Of a stretch of DNA of 64,000 bases, positions 35,484-48,035 are shown in pieces. Made by a program: the position numbers and the translations under genes. The notes beneath the pieces were generated by a model. The model was not told where the DNA came from. It worked only from the letters and a program-made list of their open reading frames with translations, and made no database searches. This stretch comes from Macrostomum lignano (taxonomy: Eukaryota). The number at the start of each line of letters is the position of its first letter. Positions within the stretch are counted from its first letter, which is position 1. Location of the stretch: the NCBI GenBank assembly GCA_002269645.1, contig NIVC01000305.1, positions 1-64,000 on the forward strand, read 5' to 3'.

Positions 35484-36204
35484 TTATTGATGGGTTTCGA
35501 CCTTTGGGCTCCTTGTTAGGGAAGCCTTCGGGCCTCAGGCTCAGAAATAATTCACTTAGAGTCATGGCCCCCCACTCCTATCAGATGGTCAGCCCCATGG
35601 TAGCTTGATCGTGTGGCGAGCAGTCTAGGTCCTATAGCTAAGAGAGGGACGGCAAGAGACAAGCAGGGAGAATTTTGAAGGTAGAAATTAGCTAATCCGC
35701 AGATCAACTAACTCGCTGCCACCAGCCCGTGCGCCCTGGCTCACCACACCGGGACTCTCGAAATCGGGCTTCCGACTAGAAGGGGCTTTGCACTTACCTG
35801 CCAACTAGTGTCTTTTTGCTGTCTATTTCGAAGTCATAGCCGATGTTAAGGGACACTGCTGGGACTAGATCGCATTGGTCATGCAGGTACAGAGGGGACT
35901 TGTGCAGGGGATTCTTGCAGTGGCGAGTCTATGGGGTAGCTACATGTACTATTACATTGCTAAATACGAAGATATGTACTTTTGGCCTTCAACGCGCCAA
36001 CCAGCCTCTCCTAGCGCTGATGATAGGCTAACTCGATCATCAGAGACCGCATGATTCATTAACCGAGCCGCTTGGCTAACCTAGAGTGCACAAAGTACAT
36101 CTCTGGCGCCGATTCTGCACTACTGGCTGTTTTGCTCACTGATTTGATAGATTGATCGACTGAGAACTGCCTTGTCATTGGTTCACTGTGACCGGCGCCT
36201 ACTA
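35484..36204 (-). repeat. ~720-bp dispersed repeat A (copy 2)
   Basis: Direct repeat of 28779-29499 (offset 6705). The same intron signals sit at 35797 and 35638. Confidence 0.85.
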
Positions 36205-36866
36205 TACTGTCGGTCAAAAGTTCCGGAACCCTTACTACGATGTCTTCTAGCGGACAGAATTTCAGTCCGTTTCAATTGTAACTTGATTCAAATAAAAGCT
36301 GCGGATCTCAGCTTCATGATGTGGTCAAGAAAAAGTTTATTCGAAGGAGCGCGTGTGAACAGGCCAGTGTTATGTACATAAAGGTTAGAGAAAAAAAGTG
36401 AGGAAAAGACAAACAAGCAATTGTCTATGGTTGCTGAGTCTATGGAGCAAACACACATGGGAAGGAATCGGTTTGCGCGCAGTGTTCAGCCTGGCTAACA
36501 TTAGTCTATGGCCAAAACTTGTGTTGAAATCAACAGGCTCTTATGGATTCTTGTGCAGTCAGCTTTCATGGGAGAGTAAAAAAGAGTAAAAAAAGAGCAA
36601 GCAGAATGCACTGCACTCCCACCCCTCCCGGCCGCGTGCCTGCGCCACCCGCCCTATTCTGTTTGCGTCAAACCCCCCCCCCCAGTTGTGTGTCAGCCCC
36701 TTATTATCTGCCCCCTTTTTTCTTATTATGCGTACCCAGCCGGATTGGCTGGCCTGGCCCCTCTGCCCCCTTTTTTAGCACTTGTCAAAAAGTGCCCCCC
36801 TTTTTTGCTATATGCGCTACCCCTCCGTCAAAGGTGATTGGCCAACAAGTTGGTATTGCTCTGGGT

Positions 36867-37287
36867 TGTTGATAATGCTGTCTGGCGTGAGACCCTAGGG
36901 CTTACGCCAGGCAGCCTAAATAAATAGAGAGCTGCTGGGGGGGGGGCAAGGTGAGCGTGTTGCCTTAACGTCTGCCACTACAGAATCAATAAACTTAAAC
37001 TGTGATATCAAAATCTCAATAGTACTATACAACCGAATTCGCCGCCTTGCCCACTGCCGTGCCGATTGGAAGTCAGAAGTAAGACTCGCGTCTGTATTTA
37101 GTAATCATTTGGGACTCGTGTTAAGCGGGTACCGTACGCTCTAGGGACGGACTGGTTGCCTTACCTAAACGCGATCCGACGCTCAGTAGCGGAGTCAGTC
37201 CGGTCAGCGGGCTGACGCCATCTCTCAGGCTCGTTCGCTGCAGAATATTCTTAGGGAGCTGGTTCGATCACGTGTAGTGACACAACA
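36867..37287 (+). mobile_element. Probable solo LTR (421 bp)
   Basis: TGTTG...CAACA termini with TATA-like and AATAAA motifs inside. No TSD found. Confidence 0.45.
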
Positions 37288-37292
37288 ATATT

Positions 37293-37753
37293 CATTAGAA
37301 AGCTCTTATTAAATAGAAAGTGAAAATAGTGAAGAAAAATCGCTAATCGATAATCCCAAAGTACTTTTAGGGGTAAAAACGCATAGCTGTCACAGCTGTC
37401 ACACGCTTGAGTGAATCCCGACAATTAGGCTCTGACCTCATAAATCTGATGGCCTGTCAAACATGATGAGAAAAAAGCTACTATTCACATCCCCTCAGAC
37501 CACCTGGCGCCAGCCTCAACACTGAGTGAGGCGCAGGCGGCTGTTAGACCAGCTTCGAAAGTGATGATCTATGACCCAAAAAGCTGCGCCTATGTTATTA
37601 TGACTACTAGTATGACCAAACATTATATCTAGTATAGGTTCTATGTTACTTCGCAGAAAAGGGATAAAAAATGGCCATAGCCTACTGTTAGTAAGCAAGT
37701 AAGTTTATAGCCTATGTGCTAGCGCGGGATTTGAAAAAACTGCGTCCTTATCA
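37293..37753. repeat. Dispersed repeat B (copy 2)
   Basis: Homologous to 30318-30775. Its right end truncates the PolB-like fragment. Confidence 0.8.
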
Positions 37754-37754
37754 T

Positions 37755-38485
37755 TATGATAATTCTTAAACCTTAGATATTTTTCTTCAGCTGAGGGAAG
37801 AGAGCAGATGGTTGGATGGTCTTCACAGGTTAATTCATGCTCTGCAAGCTTTTCATCACGGTTAGGTCCACTGTAATTTTCAAACATACTCTACAGATTG
37901 CTATAGCTGGACAATGATTGTTGATTTGTTTATGAATTAATCTGGAAAGATCTTTAATCCACACATAATGTGCGTTGACTTGTAAATTTCTAATCACTAA
38001 AAGATCTACATCCCTCCGTCTCCTACCTTTAGGATCCAAAGTGTTTTGCTACACCTAACTAGCTGTACTTTTTCACTCTGTTCATTCCACTCAAATACGG
38101 GTATTCTAATATCATTGTCGAAAACTTCTTCTAGCTTTGTGATTGGAGCGATTTCTAAGCCACTTTTATTAAATTTAATTCCTTTCTTGGAGCATGCAAT
38201 AAAATAATGGTTAAAACTATCTTGCTAATGTGAGATTCTTTTAGGGTGACCAGTTATTTCTTCATAAAAAACTGCAGACAATACAGCCCACAAAGCACAA
38301 CACTTATCATCATTTTGAACATTTATACATTTATTTTTGTTAGCCAGCTTTGGCGGTAATGGTAGATAAGATAAAGCCCTGAATCGATCATATTTCATTA
38401 TGTAATAGTCTGATATTCTTTTGTCTGATATTATTTTGTCAAATACTCTGTGCTTAAACTTAGTAAATTTTTTTGCCTCAATCAT
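37755..38485 (-). pseudogene. Polinton/adintovirus PolB N-terminal region fragment
   Basis: SYLPLPPKLANKNKCINVQNDDKCCALWAVL; VDLLVI; HYVWIKDLSRL; C-x2-C...H-x3-C zinc finger (CRVC...HELTC); LRFKNY. Frameshifted. Confidence 0.75.
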
Positions 38486-39001
38486 AGCCTTTTAATATGT
38501 TACGCGACCTTACTTGTTCGGTGCTGACGGCTATGCACTATTAATACTAAATTGAGTCTTCGCAGCAAGAGAGTCTTATATTTGAACCTTGACTGATTAT
38601 ATTTAATTGTATTATTTATTTCAATCGACAGAATTTAAACTATTGCCGTTAAATCATTGGTAGTAAGGTATAGCGAACAGGCACCACGCGGCGGACAAAC
38701 CAACAGCACACTCGAGACCAGAGAGAAAAACTAGAGCGCAAAAATGCGATATAACCATCTTTTAAATAATGCAATACTCGTATTTCTATGAATGGTACAG
38801 TAAAGCAAATTTTAAGTGTAAATATTCGAAAAACTTTAAGATTTGTTAATAAATAGTAGTTAGATGAAGAGATGAATACTAAAAGAGACATTAATAATAC
38901 CAAATTAATGAATGAGTTTAAAAAATGAATATCAACATTGTTACAGATAGTTGCCTTAATCATTTACCTCGTTCTGTTGCATGTCTTAATTAGCAAAAAA
39001 A

Positions 39002-42000
39002 CTAGCCAATTCCAACCCCCGTTGGGGCTTTCCGTCCAAACTCCAACCACAGTTTTCCCCATCCACAAAATCCCCGATGCAAAGAATCTCACATGCAAAG
39101 AATCCCCCATCCAAAGAACCCCCATCGATAGAATCATTGATCCGAAGAATTCCCCATTCAAGGAATCCTCCCATCTGAAGAATTCCCCATCCAATGAATC
39201 CCTTACTCAAGAAATCCCCCGTCTACAGAAGCCCCTTATCTGAAGAATCCCCATCCAAAGAATCCCTCATCCACAGAATCCCCATCCAAAGAATCCCTCA
39301 TCCACAGAATCCCCATCCAAAGAATCCCTCATCCACAGAATCCCCATCCAAAGAATCCCTCATCCACAGAATCCCCATCCAAAGAATCCCTCATCCACAG
39401 AATCCCCATCCAAAGAATCCTCCATCCATCCCTATCCAAAGAATCCCCCATCCATCCCTATCAAAAAAATTTCTCCATCCATTCCTATCTAAAGAATCCC
39501 ACATCCATCCATATCCAATGAATCCCCGCCAAAGAATCCCCATCCAAATAATTCACATCATAATCCCCATCCACAGAATCCCATCTAAATAATCCATAGA
39601 TCCCCCACCAAATAATCCCCCTATTAATAGAATTCATGGCCAAAGATTTCCCTCGTCTAAGGAAACCCCGTGAAAATAACCCTCATCTAAAGAATCCTTC
39701 ATCTAAATAATCCCCCATTCAAAAAAACCCTCCATCGAAACAATGCCCTATCGAAGGAATTCCCCAATGAATTACCAATCCAAAGATATCCATTAGAAGC
39801 ATCCCTCACCCAAAGAATCATCAATCCATAGAAATCCCCCCAAGACTCGACACCTCAGAAATTTACCCCAAGCATTGACATCTCAGCAATTCCAGCGCAA
39901 GCCTTGACATCTTAGCAATTTCTCCCCGTCCAAAGCCTTGACATCTCAGTAATTCCACTCCCCAAGCCTTGACAGCTCAGTAATTCCCCCAGTAAGCCTT
40001 CATATCTCAGTAATTCCCCCAGTAAGCCTTCATATCTCAGTAATTCCTCCAGTAAGTCTTGACATCTTAGCAATTTCTCCCCGTCCAAAGCCTTGGCATC
40101 TCAGCGATTCCCCTCCCCAATACTTGACACTTCAGCAATTCCTACTTAAGCCTTGACATCTCAGCAATTCCCCCTAGCCTTGACATCTGATTAATTCTCC
40201 TTCCCAAGCTTTGACATGTGAGCAAGTCCCTCTTAAGCCTTAGCATCTCAGCAATTCCCCGACACGATTTGACATCTCAGCAGTTTACCCCTAAGCCTTC
40301 ACATCTCATTAATTCCCCTAGGTAAGATTTTATACATGTATCTCAATAATTCCCCCTGTAAATCTTGACACCTTAGAATTCTCTTCCGAGCAAGCATCCC
40401 CTAAGAGCAAGCGTCCTTCTGATAGCAAGCATCTTCTGATAGAAAGTACCCCCAGCAAGATTAGTGAAACATTTCCTCAGCTAGCCAATTCCAACCCCCG
40501 TTGGGCTTTTCGTCCAAACTCCAGCCACAGTTTTCCCACGCAATAAAATTTCACCCAACTGAATCTCCCATATAAAGAATCCCTCATCCAATCCCCCATC
40601 CAAAGAATCCCCCATCCAAAGAATCCCCCATCCAAAGAATCCCCCATCCAAAGAATCCCCCATCCAAAGAATCCCCCATCCAAAGAATCCCCCCCAAAGA
40701 ATCCCCCATCCATCCCTATCCAAAGAATCCCCCTATCCATCCCTATCCAAAGAATCCCCCATCCATCCCTATCCAAAGAATCCCCCTATCCATCCCTATA
40801 CAAAGAATCACCCCATCGATCCATATCCAAAGAATCCCCGACCTCCATCCATATCCGAAAAATCCCCCTCCAAAGAATTCCAATCCAAATAATCCCCATC
40901 CAGAATCCCGATCAAAATAATGCAAAGATTCACTCATCCAAATAAACCTCCATCAAAAGAATCATTGAATCTGAAGAATCTGAATCTGAGTCCCCTCATC
41001 TAAAGAACCCCGTCCAAATAATCCAAAGAATCATACTCCAAATAATCTCCATCCAAAGAATCCAAAGAATCTCCCATCTAAATAATCCCCCATCAATAAA
41101 ATCCTAGGCCAAAGAATCCCCTCATCTAAAGAACCCCGTCCAAATAATCCAAAGAATCATACTCCAAATAATCTCCATCCAAAGAATCCAAAGAATCTCC
41201 CATCTAAATAATCCCCCATCAATAAAATCCTAGGCCAAAGAATCCCCTCATCTAAAGAACCCCGTCCAAATAATCCAAAGAATCATACTCCAAATAATCT
41301 CCATCCAAAGAATCCAAAGAATCTCCCATCTAAATAATCCCCCATCAATAAAATCCTAGGCCAAAGAATCCCCTCATCTAAAGAATCCCGTCCAAACAAT
41401 CCCATCATATCCAAAGGATCCCTTTATCGAGAGAATCCTCCATCTAAAGAATCCCCCATTCAAAGAACCCTCCATCGAAAGAATCCCCCATCGATGGAAT
41501 TTCCCAATGAATCACCTATCTAAAGATATCCGGTCCATCAGAAGCAGCCCTCATGGAAGGAATCCCCAATCCACAGAATTCCCCCCCCCCCAAAACTTGA
41601 CATCTCAACAATTCTCAGCAGTTCAGTCTGTTCACCTCTAGGCTAACTCATCGTTTTGATAACATGAATTGTAGCACTTATATAATTCAACACTGAAAAC
41701 TCCAAGCATAGAGTAGAAATCACTCGAAGCAAGTTATGACATAATCAATTTCTCAGGCAGGCAATATCTGCCAACTATTTGCCAACTAAGTTGCCAACTA
41801 AAGTCAACTATTAAAGTCAACAATATGGTTACGCAATCTAAATTTAAATACAATGGCGCTGGCTTGAATTGCGGAGTTGCGATAAAGTAGGGGTTTGCGA
41901 TATGGAAGAGCGTACAATGAGTATATAAAGTAAAAAGTATAGAAATCTTCTTTTTAATGCTGTGCTCTTAATTTTTCGAATCTCAGAAAACAAATTATAT

Positions 42001-42539
42001 TCCCCAACTCAGCGTTCCAAGCTCTTTCCAGCAATACAAGGTTCTCTTCTGAAAGTGAAAAACTCAAAGCGCAAACAACGATTGAACATTCCTGCTTTAA
42101 AGCATTGAAATTAAAAAGGTGTACATTCAGCGCCAGCTACAGTGAGAGGCCTGCAAGTTGATGCATTGAAATTAACAACCAAGCAATGCTCAGGACTAAT
42201 TGAATGGCGAAACCCTCCCCCAATTTCAATAACTTAAAGGTGTTGCGCAACCTTTCAACGCTTGTAGCTTTCCAAGCGAGTGTAGAGAACCAATGCTATA
42301 GTTGGCACTGAGTTATGATGCAATACAATTCCATCGGCAGTCAGAACGCTTCTCAATCGGAAAGAACTGTTTGAACTTAAAAAACGGGCAAAAAATCGAG
42401 TTTTTCGAATATTTAATCCCGAAAAAATAAAGCAATTTCTTAGCAAAATTTTGTGTACCAGCGCACCATCAATACGCATCGAATGCTGAAAACCCCACAA
42501 AATTCGGACCACGCAAAGTCAAGTTAAACGAAGGTTCCT

Positions 42540-42583
<44 letters not shown>

Positions 42584-43034
42584 GTAGGTAGGTACATAGT
42601 TTTGATTTTTAGTATAATGGATAGTTTTGATTTTTAGTATATTGGAAGCATCCAGAATTTTTATTATACCCCCCCCCTTAATTGGTTACGCAAGTTAAAT
42701 AGAGTAATTATCTGGGCAGTGGGGCAAAGTGAATTTTCTTATCAGTTGGCTCTGGCGCAATCATTAAAATTGGCTGTGAAGTTTCTCGCTGCGCGCAGGC
42801 TGATAAAAAAATACACTAAAAAGGCCATTTAAAACAGTTTTTCGAATATTTAATCCCCTTAGCATTGAGCTAGAGCTTAATAAAATTACATGTACCGTCC
42901 CGGGCACATTTGACATCTTTTGGCGAAGAAACGGAGAAAATCGGTTGAGCCTTTTGGGAGATAACCTGTTACATACCCACAGACAGACAGGGCCGGTGGA
43001 GGGGGGGTTGCTACTTTAGATATATTAGATTAGA
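39002..43034 (-). mobile_element. Composite of non-autonomous Helitron-like elements with internal minisatellite expansions
   Basis: Two minus-strand 3' ends with a GC hairpin (cccc-aac-gggg) followed by CTAG, at 39002 and 40481. A TCTAATC 5' end at 43034. Internal repeats: 15-16-nt AAAGAATCCC(C)CATCC, a ~22-nt CCTTGACATCTCAGCAATTCCC repeat, a 126-bp unit x3 (40995-41372) and (GATA)n. Confidence 0.6.
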
Positions 43035-44258
43035 CGAGGCCAACTCCTCCGCTGGAGGAGAAAGAGGAAGAACTCCCATCACCGGAATCCCATTTCCTGA
43101 ACTCTCCGCGAAACAGAAATTGTCTCCGTGAAACTGAACACCATCAAAATCCTCTCCGCGAAAATCCTCTCCGTGTAACTGGACTCAATCGAAATTTCTC
43201 CGTCAAACAGAACCCAGCTCTCAGAATTCATTGGTTATGGTTAGGGGTTAGAGCTACACACAGCTGCGTGTTGAAAGGCGCCGTTAAAACATTGAACCAA
43301 TTAAATTGCGCAACTTATTTCTCAGGCAGTCAGTATCAGCCTCGGTTAAAGTTAACAAAAAAATTGCGCAATCTAAATCAACCCTCCAATACACAGCGAC
43401 CGAACCCCTTCGAATACGCAGTGCAGCTAGAAATTGAACCCCCCCCACTGTTGGGAGTCTGTCAAACCCTCATTGAACCCCCGAAATGGAGTACAATCTT
43501 TGCAAAAAGTTAAAAGTATGGAAATCACTTTTTGAATGCTGTGCTTTCAATTTTCACATTTAGAGCAAACAACTTATATCCCCTAACTCAGCATTGCAAC
43601 CTCTTTCCAGCAATATAAGTCTCTTCTCTTAAAGTTTAAAACTCAAGGAACAGTTTGGCTTTGAAATTTCCCGTTTTAAGGAATTGAACTATCGAGTGTC
43701 CGTTCACTGCCTGCAGCAGTGGGAGGCTCGCAAGTTTATTCATTGAATTTTACTGTCCAACAAATACACAGTGTCCAACAAATACACAGGGCTGCCTATT
43801 GAAAATCAGAAAACATATCGTTGCGCAATTGTCTATACAATCAGCCAGTGAGCTAGGGTCCGATTGTACACACGCAGCCACTGAGAATGCCCCCATTCCC
43901 CCATTGGAGAGAAAATACACTGCCGAGATAGGAGAAAGTTGTGGCGTAATCACTAAAAATTGATGCCAACTGGCCCAGTTACACCCCTTTAGCTAAAAGA
44001 ATACACTACACAGATAGGCCAGCTGTTGTGGCGCAATCACTAAGAGTTGCGCAAGGTGGATCATATTCCCTATTGTTTTATTATTTCTGCTTTTTTAGGG
44101 ATCTTAAAATATAAAAATGAAAGATTAAAATAGCTATAAACCCAACCCGGAAAATTTGCAGTTTACCCATATAAGTTTCAACGCTGAGTTGCAAGTAGTC
44201 TAGGAGAAAAATTGCAACATACAGACAGACAAACATCGCACCACTTTTAGTATTAAGA
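43035..44258 (-). mobile_element. Non-autonomous Helitron unit 2
   Basis: 5' TCTTAATACT...(GTCT)n. 3' hairpin CTCCTCC-x3-GGAGGAG (43044-43060), then TTGGC-CTCG. Confidence 0.72.
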
Positions 44259-46188
44259 CGAGGCCAACTCCTCCGATGGAGGAGAAAGGGGAAGAACTCC
44301 CATCACCGGAATTCCATTCCCTGAAATCCATCAGCTGAAATTCCATGACTTGAATCCCATCTTCCAAATCATCTCCAAATCCTCTGTAAAGCCTTTCAAA
44401 TACCATATCTTGTTTTCCCTGTTCGCAAAAACTGACTGCCATTGTCCAGACTCAGATTCTTCTGTCTCCTCTCTTCTCTTTTCTCTCCTCTCACGTCTCT
44501 CATCTCTACCACCTTATTTATCTCTTCTCCCTCGTCTTTCGTCTTTCTCTCCTGTCTCCTTTATCCCCTGTTTTCTCCTCTCTCCTCTCTTCTCTCCTCT
44601 CTCATCTCTCATCCCTCATGCCTCATCTCACTATTTCTTTCTCCTCTACTCTCAGCTCCTCTCTTCTCTCTCCTCTCATCTCTCCTGTCTCCTCTGCTAT
44701 CTCATATCTTCCCTCTCATCTCCTCTCTCCTCTTTTCTTCTCTCTCCCTCTTCGTTCCCGCCTTACTCCCCTCTTCTCTCCCATCTGTCATGTCTAATCT
44801 GTCCTCTCTCATCTCTACTCTCTTTTCTATAATCTCTTCTCTCTTCTCTTTTCACTCTTCTCTTTACCCTCTTTACTGACTGACTGAAGATACCAAATCC
44901 ATAAAAATCCCTTCGTGAAACAGAAATCCTCTCCGCGAAACAGAAATCCTCTCCGCGAAACAGAAATCCTCTCCGCGAAACAGAAACCCTCTCCGTGAAA
45001 CTGGACTCCTTTCGAAATCCAATCCGCGAAACAGAAATCCTCTCCGTGAAACTGGGCTCCATGGAAATCCTCTGAGTGAAACTGACATCCATCAAAATCG
45101 TCTCCGTAAAACAGAAATACATCTAGATTCTCTCCACGAAAAAGAAATCCTCTCCGTGAAACCGAAAACCATCAGAATACTCCGTGAAACTGGACTCAAT
45201 CGAAATTTTCTCTGTCAAAAAGAACTTAACTCTCAGAATTCATTGGTTAGGGTTAGGGTTAGAGCTGCATAGAGCTGCGTGTTGAATTAATTGAATCAAT
45301 TAATTGCGCAAACCATTTCTCAGTCAGACAGTATCAGTCTTATTTAAAGTTAAATAAACGGTTGCGCAATCTAAATCAACCCTCCAATACGCAGCGGCAG
45401 ACCCCCTTCCAATACGCCCAACTTTATCTATTACGTCTCGCAAAACTGAGTACAATTTTTGCAGAAAGTTAAAAGTATGGAAATAGTTTTTTAAATGCGG
45501 TGCTTTCTCTTTTCATATTTAAAGCATACAACTTATATCCCGAACTCAGCGCTGCAAGATCTTTCCAGCAATATAAGTCTCTCCTCTCAAAGTTTAAAAC
45601 TCGAGGAACAGTTAGCGTTTGAAATTTACCGATTTCCCGACTGCTTGCTAGAGAAGCTCGCAAGTTTATTCATTGAATTTCACTGCCAAACTAATACACA
45701 GGGCTGCCAATAATAAAACCAAATGAATCTCGACACAGTCTATCTATTTACACTGTACAACTGCTATGTACACTCAGCCCAAGCCCAACCCCCGTTCTGG
45801 GGGAAGCATTAAATTTAATTCAACCCCCCAATACGCGGGGGGGTTTATTTGCATTGAACCCAGAACACGCGCACCCACCACCCCTCAATACACAGCGGCC
45901 CGCGGCGGAGGTTGGGGTGGCTATTTTTACAAACTGGCTGCAGCCCCAGGCAGAGTGGCCAAAGAAGGTTATTGGGGGTTAAAAAAGCAGATTTATGCTT
46001 TTTTAGGGATGTTAAAATGTGAAAATTAAAAATTAAAATAGCCTAAAGCCTGCTCCGGAAAATTTGCAGTTTTCCCATATAAGTTTCGACGCTGACTTAC
46101 CAGAATTGTAGGAGTTCACTTGCAACATACAGACAGACAGACAGACAGACAAACATCGCGTCGGTTTTAGTATTAGGATTAGATTAGA
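44259..46188 (-). mobile_element. Non-autonomous Helitron unit 1, with a CT-rich insert and a 20-nt minisatellite
   Basis: 5' TCTAATCTAATCCTAATACT...(GTCT)n. The same 3' hairpin at 44268-44284 plus CTCG. Body homologous to unit 2. GAAACAGAAATCCTCTCCGC repeats at 44905-45190. Confidence 0.72.
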
Positions 46189-47261
46189 CATCTTTCGTTT
46201 TTAACGCATATCGTATCTAGAATTCTTATTAGTAATAGTAATAGTAATAGTAATAGTAATCTAGTAAATATATTACATTAGAAACTTAGTATGCTACTCT
46301 GTATGCTCTTAATCACCTTTGCAGTAATTGTAGTTGTTATAATTTGTCCGACATATTTGTTATTTTCAGTATAAATACAGTTAAATATATTGAAAGAAAG
46401 AGCAACAGTCTGGCAAAATCTGGGGCCTAAATTGGTTCACAACCTCTTGTTTGTGCAGGCCTTAGTGCCGCCCTATCCTAAAAATATCCATTGAGTCAGA
46501 CTTATTCCTTTAGAGGCGAACGGTCTCTTCCCTTCGCCCTCATCCCTCTTCCGATAGCGTACAGCTTCCCCTCTTTCCCCAGGCGAACTGCCGCCTCTTC
46601 GCTTCCCCAGCTGAACAGGCGTACAGCCTTTCCCACTCCCAAACCCTCAGCCTGACCTGGCGTTCTCCCCCACCAGACTCGCTGTTTGCCCTGGATTTAA
46701 CTCCCATATCAGGCATATTGCCTCCTTATCCTATTCGGCCTGTCGCCTAAGCTACTTGCCCCTCTATTAATTCTCCCATATCAGGCATATTGCCTCCTTA
46801 CCCTGTTAAGGCTTTTGTTAATCCGATAGCGTACACCTCCTTATCCTATTCGGCCTGTCGCCTAAGCTACTTGCCCCTCTATTAATTCTCCCATATCAGG
46901 CATATTGCCTCCTTACCCTGTTAAGGCTTTTAGCCTGTCATTCCCTGATTAGGCATATTGCCTTCTTAATTCCCTATCTAAATTCCCCTTAATGCCAGGC
47001 ATTCCCTGCTGAATACTAGAATTCCCTTCAGTGCGCCAATTTCCCAGGCAACTCAAGTCCATCGCGATGCCCTTAACTACCCCCTTCCCCATGGATAACC
47101 GGACTGAGTAGAAATTAGTGTCTTTGCCGCTCGGACACATTCACGCCAGCAGGAGTTTCCCCAGACTTACTCCTCATAGTATTAAAATTTAAATCTTCCT
47201 CCCCAATAATTCGAAAGCCCTAATCCCCGAGTTATTTAATAAGACCTGCAACAACTTAGTG

Positions 47262-47702
47262 TCAGCAGTAGAGCCATCTCTCCCAACCCGCGACCCCTAC
47301 AACAATTATCATGACTGTCGCTCTTTGAATCCCACCAACAACCCATCCTGAACCTCGAGATGTAAAATCTTCAATCTTTTTATTGACCTCTTCAAGGAAA
47401 GAATCCACGTTGGCGGGAGGAAATAGTTTAGCCTTTGTTGTTGTTATATAAAACACCTGGTGCTCTGTTGGTTTAATAGGCATGTAAAATTTAACTAAAA
47501 ATGATATTTGTAATTTGAATTGACTCCTTGTTCTCAAGGTATGGTCTATAACTAATTGGATATTGTATCTTTGGTTGTCTACATTTTGTGTGTCTATTTG
47601 AGGTAGCGTATACTTAGCATAACTTTCTGTAAACTTTCTGTGAGCAAAATTAATATTTCCGATTTCAAGCTCCAATTCTTTTTGATGAATTAAACGTTCC
47701 AA
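47262..47702 (-). pseudogene. Polinton PolB extreme N-terminal segment, truncated
   Basis: EEVNKKIEDFTSRGSGWVVGGI motif typical of the region preceding the PolB domain. Homology is lost after ~47290. Confidence 0.7.
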
Positions 47703-48035
47703 GTCTTCCTGTTCCTGTCTACTTAGAGATATTGATACTCCTCACCTGTGATAGTCTTATATTTATTTACTAGTTTTCGGCTCCTTTTTGAAATTCTTTT
47801 AATTCATCAACGTTGACAGCGGAGTCAGAGTCAAGTTGATTTGCCTCTAATTGTTCTATAGATTTCCTCTATTTTTATAGCTACCAAGACGCGGTGTCTT
47901 CTGAAATATTCCTTACCAAACATTTTTGCTGGATTTGATTTCGGCATTGTTTTCTGTAGAAAATTTAGAAATGTGTTACACACTGTCGGTAGAGTCAAAT
48001 TCCAAAGAGTGGGCGAGTTCTGGTTTTTCCCCTCA

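Noticed and set aside
28779-37753. A single DIRS/Ngaro-type retroelement (gag + RT + tyrosine recombinase with split direct repeats)
   Set aside because: The gag-RT piece has an aspartic protease and is Gypsy-like, the recombinase is Crypton-type and on the opposite strand, and the repeat order is not A1-ORFs-B1-A2-B2.
38649-38963. Hydrophobic 104-aa ORF as a membrane protein
   Set aside because: AT-rich sequence, no ATG start, no recognisable motif and no supporting splice structure.
45244-45262. Telomeric sequence or telomere-addition site (GGTTAGGGTTAGGGTTAG)
   Set aside because: Only ~3 units, internal to a Helitron unit, and degenerate in the sister copy at ~43235.
46230-46262. (AGTAAT)n as the AGT-repeat terminus of the Polinton
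   Set aside because: No matching inverted end or 6-bp TSD was found on the other side. It is treated as a simple microsatellite.
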